Origin: Podarcis erhardii | Lineage: Eukaryota | Reading direction: 5' to 3' (one strand) | DNA length: 64,000 nt | Assembly (NCBI GenBank): GCA_964252035.1 | Contig: OZ176206.1 | Shown: one piece after another, positions 11,500-21,100 of the stretch | How the letters are laid out: every line of letters begins with the position of its first letter | Position numbering within the stretch: the first letter of the stretch is position 1 | Position numbers and translations under genes: made by a program | Notes under the pieces: model-generated | Database searches by the model: none | The model's input: only the letters and a program-made list of their open reading frames with translations | What the model was told of the DNA's origin: nothing

Positions 11500-13239
11500 A
11501 CCCAGCATCTGGATTAAAGGTTGGCTGACAAACCTGTTTGGTGACTTCTCTCATGAATTTTACCTGCTCCTGGGGACATGAGCTAGGGAGGAGCTCTGCC
11601 AATGGCACATTAAATTCATGGGAGGATCAATCTTGTCATCCATTTTAAAATGCACTTCTTGCCCTTTTGGCTGCAGAGGAAAGCCACATTTCCCTGCACT
11701 TGCAGTGTCTAGTATTAGGCTCTGTATTTCTCTAGAGATCTTACTCTCCCCTACCCTACCCCTTCAGAGAAGATAAGTTGCTGTTATGTTTACTTTCCTC
11801 AAAAGCAAACCTTTTGCACTCCCTCCCTCCGAGCCATTCTTAGGGCTGCATTACATGTGAATGACAGATCTCTTTGTTTCTATGGTGGGCTGACTACTTG
11901 TTTTAAATGTAATATAGGGGTTTGATTCATCCGAGTCAGCCTGGCCCAATAGTCAGGGATAATGGTAGCTGTTTGCAAATATTTGGAGGGCACAGGTTCC
12001 TGACCTCTGGAGGACAGTGCAGGTGTCTATGGAACTTGTGACTGGCTGCAGCTCCTAAACACAGATACTTGCTTGAAGAGATACAAATGCCCTTCAGATA
12101 TTACGGGGACCAGATGTTCAGTTAAAAATGTGCTGGCTGCTGAGAGATCAGTGTCTGGTTTTAATAGTCATGAGCTCACCTTTAGTTGAGGTCCGGCTAG
12201 AAATACAGTGGAACTGGCAGCACTGCCCCTTGGTGGAATGGGCACTTGCCGGATCAGGCTACAGAGAACTTATGAGCAGTAGTTTATTTAAGCCCGAAGC
12301 CAGGTGATTTCAGATCTAGAAATTGGGCCAGGCTTTCTGGGCCTTTTTCAAAAGTTTCCTGGTGCTTCGGGTTGCTTTTGTTTCAAATGTCTTCACTGAA
12401 CAATTACTTTAAAGGACCATTTCTCCTTCCATGTATGGATGTGGGAGTTCTGGATTGGATATCATCCATTTCAGAAGTAGAACTAAGCAAATTCTCTTGC
12501 CAGCTGAAAATCTCTCTTTCGGCTAGGCTCTGACATGCTATGTCAAACTGCCACACTGGACCTTCTCTGGCTCCAAGAAAAGGAGAGCCCATCCCATCAG
12601 AAGGGAGCCAGTAGCCAGTGAGGGATTGCGGAAAAGGGAGTAATCAGTGTCTGGTTGGGAAGTCTCTTGCCCTCTTAGACAAGGCCAGAGTGGAGCAGTG
12701 TGTAGCCTTTGAGGACTGCTGCTGCCTCACTAAGGTTGGGGCTGGTGGAGAGGCCTAACACAGCCCAGCCTTGAAATGGTTCAGTGATTAGGGGTGGGGA
12801 TTGATGTGAAGGGCAACTGTCAGTGACAAAGACTGTGGTAAAGCTTGCTGTGGGGAAGAACTATCTTCTATGCTGCTATAGTGGAAGCTACAGAAATAAT
12901 ACCCCTCAGACTTCACCCCCATTACTTCTCCACATACACAAGCAGGCACACTTGGATACTAAGCAGCTCTTTAGATTCTATGGGCATGGTAATGCTCGTT
13001 TCTTGCTACAAGGTGTTGGAAATATGCAAATGGCTGTGAGAAGAGGGTTGGGGATTGATGCACTGGCTGGTACTGAAATCAGCAAGGTCCAGCTCCTTTC
13101 TCCTAGTCCAGGGGCTGGGGCTTTAGAGCAACAGCATTAGAAAAAGGCAGGCCCCAGAAGGCTAAAAAACAACAACACATGCTTATTGCTTTCCATGTGA
13201 GAAGATACAGAGAGACGCAGCTATTGATTGCTACTTCCA

Positions 13240-13385
13240 CTGTTGGAGACAGTGTGCTTCTGAATACCAGTTGCTGGGAATCACATGAGTTATATTGTGC
13301 TCTCCCTTTGAGTTTCCTACAGGCATCTGGTTTGTCTCTGCCAGAGTGGGATGGGTCTTTGCTACAATCCAGCAGGCTCTTGTGC
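13240..13385 (+). mobile_element. Degenerate CR1 3' fragment
   Basis: gtgcttctgaataccagttgctgggaatc...ttcctacaggcatctgg...atccagcaggctctt resembles 3290-3425. Confidence 0.55.
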
Positions 13386-13705
13386 TCGTCTGAAATACAC
13401 CTTAAGACATCTCTCTTAAGAACCCCTACTAGGCTAGAACTATAGAAGCTGGTGCTTTGTTTTAAAAAAAATACACTTACCTTTCGATTTCTGTAACCAT
13501 AAATTCAGAATTGGAATGGCTGGGACAAATGTGTGTTAGCATTTGTGTTGTGATTCCAGGAGGGTTACAGGTAGGGAAACCACCTGTGGATGTTGTGTGC
13601 CTGGCCTGAAGAAACAACTGCTTTCTTCCTCTTATGCGTAGGAGAGTAAGAATGGGTATCCCCATGGGGTGGGAGGAACCAATTTGCGTTAATTACAGTA
13701 CAACT

Positions 13706-13711
13706 TTTATT
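13706..13711 (-). terminator. Probable MTSS2 polyadenylation signal
   Basis: First minus-strand AATAAA I found downstream of the MTSS2 stop; preceded on the minus strand by U-rich UTR-like sequence (13720-14000). Confidence 0.6.
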
Positions 13712-14744
13712 AATACTGGAATCTTCACAGTGCATTCGTTACTTGTAGCAGTGACTATTTTAAATGAAGGGAGAGGATAATTAACTTTAAGAATGAAAGA
13801 GGGTGGGTGGGTAAGGCCAGGGCTGCTAGCAAAGGGGGGGGGGTAGGGAAAATAAATTAGAAAAAAAGAACAAGTTAACAGCACCAGAATAGTTAACATC
13901 AGTTGAGAGAGACATTTTAAAGGGTTTTTTTCCTCTGTACAAAAAAATAAAAATAAAAAGCAAAATGCAAACATTTCTCACGCATTGTCACTGTTGTCAT
14001 TTCTGGCCATGACAGGGAGGAGGGGGGCACCCACAGGAAGGTTGGTTGGTTAGAAACTAAACTGTTATTACTACGACAGTATAAGAGTTAAGGAGGCTAC
14101 AACGTGACACCCACGCAAGCGCACATAAGACGTCTGGGCTGTGGGGAGGGTGGAGGGGACTGCTGTGGCTCTATGTACAACAACGACAACACCAGGCCCT
14201 GCTGTGCCTTGCAGGAACTAAGGATGGGGAGATGGGGAGGATCCAGCAAGAGGGAGCAGGCGCAGTTGTGCTTTCTCAGAGGCTTCTAGGCTCCCCAGCC
14301 CTTGCAAGGGGCCTTGAGTTGGCTGGTTTGTATTCACCACCGCTGTGCTTTGCTTGTGCCTCACCACACAGCACTCAATGCTGTCCACAGCTGTGCTCTC
14401 TCTCTAATAGAAAGGGTTGTTGACCACCATGCTGCTGCTATGAGAAATGTGGTGGCATCTCTCTTGAATAATTGTCACAAGCCCATCTTTCATTTTTTTC
14501 TTTGCATGGGTAAGCTCTGTACTCGAATGCCTGGCCTGTCCAAAGACAAAGGAAGCCCCTAATGTCTGGCATGGGCTCTGCCTCCCCCACTTAGCCACCC
14601 CATATGTGCTACATCTGTGCTGTTCAGTGATCCTTGGATACTCAACAATCCCACGAGAGGAAAGCAAGACATGCTCATTCTTGAGCCCAACAAACACAAA
14701 AGGTGGAGGTTATGCAGCACGGGCCGTTTAATGGACCCTCATTT

Positions 14745-14882
14745 GTTGACGAAGCTTGATCTGTAAAGCATGAGACTCTTAACCCAGGGCCAGGCCCCAT
14801 GTTGGACAAAAGATTTCTGTATTGCAAAGGGTTGGACTGGATGACCCTCATTGTTCCTTCCAACTCGACAATTCTCTGATTC
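14745..14882 (+). mobile_element. tRNA-derived SINE with CR1-type tail
   Basis: tRNA-Lys-like head remnant (agcatgagactcttaac...ccccatgttgg) joined to a CR1 tail ending attctctgatt. Confidence 0.65.
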
Positions 14883-15989
14883 CTTCCTAGTCAAAGCACA
14901 GGGAAAGGCGTCTCCCTCTTTCCCCCTCACTTTAGACCACCTTAATTCCCAGCCACTGACTTTCCCCATCACTTTCTCTTTCTTTCAAGACTGTCCCCTT
15001 TCCCAACAACACTTTCCATTTGCCAACAGAGCCGATTTCTAGACTTTCTGGGACAATATCAGGGTGAGCACAAGGTAGATCCAAGTCTCTTGCACTCTCC
15101 AGATCTGGGTATAAGATTACGTAACTAATATAAATAAACTCAATGAATTTATCCAAACCCTTAAGTTGTTTCTGCGGGGCAAATTCTTCTGTTCCAAATT
15201 TGGGGGGGCAGGTGGAAGTAAATGAAACAGCTTAAAAAGTTGATAGGCACTATTTGTATTTATGTTCCTTCTGACTACCTGGCTTGCGTGCCCTAAATTC
15301 CAGCCCTGCTGAACTCTTAACTCCCATCAGGCCCAGAAACCGGCCTAGCCCATGGTCAGCATTGATGGGAGTCTTAATAACATTGGAAGGTGAAAAGTTA
15401 TCCATCCCTGGCCTAAAACAGTGAGAAATGTGGATATTCTTACAGCAGCTGCATGGCCCAAGCTGGAGCTTCTGGCTGGGAGCTGCAATCCAACTCATGC
15501 TCCTTCAGCTCCAAGCACAAAGGAAGAAGCTGTGCTGAATATTCATTTGGTTATAGATCTGGAGGCCAAAACCAGAACAAGGGAGCTGGTCTGTTTCTGT
15601 AAATCCCCTCTGCCCCCATTTTTAAAGCCTGCTTGTGGCAATTCTTTCCTCACTTTCTGCTGGGACTCTAATTTCATGAGCAGGTCAGGGTGAATCGGGG
15701 AATCGTACCATGAATGCGATGTGGTTGACCATATAGCAGATCTGGCTAAGCAGCAGCAACTTCGCCAAAGGTAAACGAACCAACCAAGAGGGTTGGTTCA
15801 GCTATTTCCCTCTCTGCAGATACTTTAAACCCCTTTCAAAGTATCCACCCAATATTGACAAAATTGGGCCCCTTTTGATGCTGTTAGAAGAGGCACCCTG
15901 CCACACACTCACAGGCTTAGTCATAACCATACCCATACTTGGCCAAAACAGGCTCACATTGGAAAAGGCAGAGGACACTGCCCCAGACC

Positions 15990-16125
15990 CAGCACTCCGC
16001 CTAACACTGCTTGGCAGCAGCCTCCCACAACAAAGATCTTTCCTATTCTTATCTGGAGATGCCAACAGTTGAACCTGGGACCTTCTGCATGCCAAGCAGG
16101 TGCTCTACCACTCTGCTACAGCCTT
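15990..16125 (-). mobile_element. tRNA-derived SINE
   Basis: ggagatgcc...ttgaacctgggaccttctgcatgccaagcaggtgctctaccact is a reverse-complemented tRNA head with A/B-box-like motifs; body resembles 46155-46220. Confidence 0.65.
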
Positions 16126-16839
16126 TCCAGTGACACCAGAACCTGTGAGCATCAGTTTAACAACCTTTGGCCTTGCCAGATGGTTGTAGGAGAATTCAAG
16201 AGCAGACACCCTTGGTCTTTGCACACACCCTGCTTTCAAAACCCTCTAAGGCCCTCAATTACCAAAGTCCTCCACTACCATCCACAAAAATACTTCTTTT
16301 GCTCCTATATCCACTTAGCTACAGCTATTCCGGAGCAACAGCCATCCACCTTCACCTTTCCATCACTACCAATTCTGCTCCCTCCCACCCAACTTCAAGG
16401 GAGAACCATGGCCACTGCTCTTATCAAAAGGTTCAAGCCCAGTCCTGAAGTGGCACTGAGGGCAGATCAACAGCAGCCCAACCCTCGGCCTCAGATTACA
16501 GAGCTCCTACCCCACTTGGGATGAGAGCACAATCCTCTTCCTGAATATAACCAACCTGCCCACTCTGCTCCCAGTAGAGCCACGGAGGAAACGGAGGCCA
16601 ATAAGTCTGTGGCTGTGACTCAACCTCTTGTTGGGGGGGGTTGGGCCCTCCTGCCTGGTGACATGCCTGCAGGTTGTTCACTCCCTGCCCCTTGCACCCT
16701 CTCCTCCAGCTGCGCATTTGGGATCCACCTGGGAACACGAGAGGCTTCCGGGATTGTTCACGGGGGTGTTAACTGCTGCTTGTAAAGTCTTTCTTGAAGT
16801 AGCTGATACAAACAGATGGCAAACAGAAAATAACTGGAA

Positions 16840-16840
<1 letters not shown>

Positions 16841-16877
<37 letters not shown>
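16841..16877. repeat. (GACA)n microsatellite
   Basis: gacagacaaacagacagacagacagacagacagacag. Confidence 0.9.
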
Positions 16878-17435
16878 AGAGCTGTGAAGGGAGGATTCAG
16901 CACAGGACTAACAGTGCATTTTTTTTGTCCGGAGGAGGTGGGTGCTCTCTAGGAACGGCAGCCTCCATTTCTTTGCCATGTGCAAGTGTGTCGGGGCGTG
17001 TGTGTGTAGTTTATACTAAGAACACTGTAGTTGCTAGATCCAGTTCAGGTTTTCACTCCTCCCTGACAATCATGGAGCAAGGGAATGGCCTCCCTCCTTG
17101 TGGCGGCAGCAGCAGCAGCAACCGGTCTCTCTGCAGGCCAGGATGAAGGAAGGTGCAGGAGGGGAAAGGAAACCTGGGCAGGGCAGCAGATGGAAAAACA
17201 ATGTGTATAAAAGAGGCTCCAAAACCAGTTCAGTGCCAGGCTGTGCCTGTGCAGGTTTGTTAGCAAAGGCGTATAGATTAGTCTCCTTTATATCTAGACT
17301 CTGACACGATCTCCATAAAGTGGCTTTGCCTTTTGTGGTTCGTTTACTTCTCTTCCATTTCCCCTGGTTTAGTCCTGACTCTGGTTGCTCTCCAGCCACC
17401 GGGTGGGCACTGAGCAGGCGCTGGGGAAGAGTCCA

Positions 17436-18199
17436 TCACAAAAACCGGGGCGCCGACCTGTCATTGGTGATGGTCCTGCGAAGGCGCACCCCACGCCGGA
17501 TGGCCACCAGCATGTCTTCCGCCGGAGGGTCGCTGGAGGCCGCCGGGGGAGGAGTGGGTGTCTCTTCCCCGGGACCGAGGGCAGAGACCCCCGTGGGGAA
17601 GGGAAACTGGCCCTCGCCAAGGGCATGGGCACTGGCTACCAGCTCCCCAATCTTCTCCACAAGGCTGTGCCGGTTGGCTGCCAGCTGCTGCTCCTCCTCC
17701 TCTGTGGAGAGGTGCTTCCCGGCATACACAGAGATCTCCATCACGTTGCTGCCCCAGGCGGTGTTTGGCAGGCTCAGCCTCTTGGGCGAGGCTTTGGCAA
17801 AGTCCATGGCGCTTGGTGAGGCATCGTCAGTGTAGAACACACATTCCTCGCTGCCCACCCGGGTGGGGCCGGTGTACCCAGGGGAGTCAGGCACTGTTGG
17901 CGTCTTGACAGGGACAATGGGGGGTCTGATGGGAATGGGGCCGGCGTTGGAGAGGGTTCGGCGTACTGTGGGCTTGGTGGAAGGTGTGCGGCGGATGGTG
18001 GCCACCCCTGGCGTGGCGCCGGTGGGCAGGGCAGTGCCGGTGGGCAGGCCAGCAGTAGAAGCAGGCCGCTTGGTCTGGATCATGCGCCGGTAATTCTGGG
18101 CGATGTTGCTGTTGCGAGGGATAGTCGAGGATTTGTCGAATTCGCTCTGGTTCTCCCCTTCCATGTCGCCGTTCACGGAATAGCAGTCGTAATCTGAGC
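17436..18199 (-). CDS. MTSS2: MTSS2 last coding exon 15 (Pro-rich region + WH2)
   Basis: ccacag|GC TCA GAT TAC...CTG TGA; 764 nt; SDYDCYSVNG...NDRSAPRFL-stop. Confidence 0.97.
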
Positions 18200-21100
18200 C
18201 TGTGGAGGCGACAGATGGACAGGGTGGGTGTCAGCATTCTCAGCTGGCAGGTGCAGCACAGCCAAGCAGCCACTGCTGGACTCCATGCGCAACACTCTCC
18301 ACTATATGAGATCTTTCATACGTATATATTTTGATTTTGTTAATATATATAACCTGTGTCTATTTTAGTTGTAAGCTGCCTTGAATCCCATGGGTGTGGG
18401 GGGGAGGCAAGATATAGATAAATGTAATAACCATGTATGCCACCCTAAAAAAAATTACCACATTAAGTAAAACGCCACCCCACCCCTTCCCTGGGTGCCA
18501 ATAAGCCCATTGGCAGAGATACCTTGCGAGGGGATGGTGTCCTCAGAGCAGGAAGGAGTGGTGGTTTGTGTGCTGTAGCCACTGGAGTACTGCAGGGAGT
18601 CCCGGCTACTCTTCTGGTGCTCAAGACTCAGGCCTCGGGTCAGCACCATGGCCAGGTCACTTGCGGCTGGGGACACCTCCTCCCCATGCTGGTGGAGAAA
18701 CAAAATGGGGTGGGAAGTGAGCGGTGTGATGAGCTGGTCTCAAAGCAAATGGCACCCTGAGCTGTAGGAGATGGCACCATGTGTGTGCCTGGGCCAGGCC
18801 ACCTGCACCCAAAGGTCAGAAAACATGAATGGAAAGCAAGTGGAGATGGGGAGATAGGAGAATGATCAAGTTATCTCATTCCCCAAAACTATGTTGGCCG
18901 TGAACACAACACCCCTAGTGGGCAAGCAGCTGCTGACATGAGGGTGGTTAGCCTGGATCTCTCCCAGGCTAACATGTGTGCCCCAATTCCACATGCACCC
19001 CATGAGTCCCTGCTCTGCTCAAGACAGGATGTGCAAATAATGCCCATTTCTTTTGTGTGTACTGGGGGGGGGGGCTGAAGTGAGGAGGCTTTGTGGGGCA
19101 GAGGCAAGGTGGAAGTAGGAGGAGGAAAGTGGCGCCTAAAGGCAGTGGCCAGCCCTCCCTCCCTCCCTCCCATGGCTATTCCCCAGTGACTCACATACAG
19201 CAGCTGGTGAGAGTAGGCATCATGTCTGCCAGGGTCACTCAAGCAGGTCCCTCATCAAACATATGAAGTATAAGCAACAGACATGCATCATTCAATTCCT
19301 CCAGGGCTCCACAGCCCCATCAGGGCAAAGGGCTACACAGGAAGCTGCTGGCATGCGATGGCATGCTGGGGGTGGCATTTTTTCACGATTCATATGAGCA
19401 AAACCCATCAACTGCAAAACACTTCTCCGAGAGAACTTCCTCTGCTGCCCTGAAATTCCCTTCTGCACTCAGCTCAAGGATGCCAGTTGCTATTTGGGTA
19501 AATCTCCTTCTGGAACAAGATATACAGAGGAGGCCTGGGTCTCCTCCTCCAGGGAGTTGCCTCCTAGCTAAGGTCTGGGACAAGTAAGTGCTCCATCACC
19601 TGGGTACCAAACCTATTCCAAGTTCCTGTCCCCCCGGTCTCCCATTTTGACACTGAAGCTGGCTATACCTTGGCAGCAATGGAGGCCGGGGACATGCGGG
19701 GCCTGGAGCCTTCCTCCAAGCTGATTCCTGGGTATACCAGGCTGGTGGAGCCCAGCTCAGCTTCACGGAGATGCTCTACGCGGTCCTTCCTTCGCTGCAG
19801 TGTGCTTGCCACCGGCTGTTCATAGAGGCTAGCCTTGGACCAATCCTGCAAAATCCAAGAGGAGATGGGTAGGACGGCACAGCTGGGGCCCCAACATCGG
19901 GCACAGCAGTGCAAAGTCAGGTGGGTATGGAATAGGGCAGAAATGGGAGATGAGACTGGATGGAGAGGGATTGGGCAAGGGGGTGGGGAGAGAGGAATTG
20001 GCAAAAGGGCCACCCCAGGGCAAAGAGCAGGGGTTGTGGCAATCACAAAATGGCTCTGCCACCATTTTGCTCTGTTGGGCTGGTGACGGAGAAATCCCCT
20101 CTTGGCTTAAAAAGGGTTTCAACAAAGACAGGAAAGGTGGAGGCGCCAGGCCAGGAGGGTGCCTGCTTCCTTTTAAAAGTGTGGGCTGCTTCCCCAAGAG
20201 CTTGAAGCAGCTGACAGTCATGATACCTCCAACAATATGTGTCCCCCATCCCACTGGAATCCCAATTCTCTCACTCTCCTCAAACACATTTTCTGGAAAG
20301 TCAGGTGAATGCATCTTCCCTCTTACAGAAAGTGCTATATAAATATTGAGTGTTCAAAACACAGCACATTCAGTTCTGCACGATCCATACAATGGTCCTG
20401 AAAGGCAGACTGCTGTCTAAAAGAACTCAGTGAGCTCATGGCTGACCTGAGAATGGAAGGACTTCCAGGCAGGGGCTGTTCTTAGCCCCCCCACCACCAC
20501 CACTTCACTCCACTCACACCAAACCCTACATGGTGTTTGTTTATGGGAAGCAGTTCCTGCCCCAACTCAGAGAGATGGCAGCACAGGGACATTGCAGAGA
20601 CTTTGGGGGGGGGGCAGGTGGGTCAGCTGAGGGGAAATAGTTCATATTCTGCCATCCCAAAGCTGTCCTGATGCAGGCTTCCTGTGTTCAGGAAGAAGGA
20701 AGCAGCACTTCCTGTTTCCAGAGCACTTTGATGTGCTCACAATGCCAGTGTGCAAGAGGAAAGAACGACTGCTTCAGACAGCCTGATGGGTTTGATCTGG
20801 GGCCACATGGGAGCCTTTGCTACCTGCACCTAAAAATGCTGGGGTGGGAGCCTGGCTGGGTTCAACCATTGAGCATATTAAATGATGCAGAAAACCCCCC
20901 AAACAGAACGGAACTTGTGCAGAGCAGAGGCTCTTGCTCCTGAGTGACCTCTGCAGCATCACCTCCATTGCTTTCCAGAGGGGAATCCCTAGGCTGCTGC
21001 TGGAAGATTAGGCTTGGAGCTACATGTTTCCAGAGCCAACAGAGCCACAGAAGGCTCCTGTTCCAGCTCTGGAGCAGCTGACTCCCCTGGTCAAGATCTC

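Noticed and set aside
12845-13039. HYFSTY and nearby LLRDQ as possible IL34 relics
   Set aside because: Only 3-4 residue matches, no flanking IL34 motifs and no matching splice phases
13728-16918. Two miR-148/152 7-mer sites in the MTSS2 3'UTR (13728-13734, 16912-16918)
   Set aside because: Plausible by chance given the many seeds one could test; conservation cannot be checked here
17320-18273. Long overlapping ORFs (17320..17835 +, 17385..17819 +, 17558..17908 +, 17887..18273 -)
   Set aside because: Antisense or off-frame shadows of the GC-rich MTSS2 last exon, with no independent protein features
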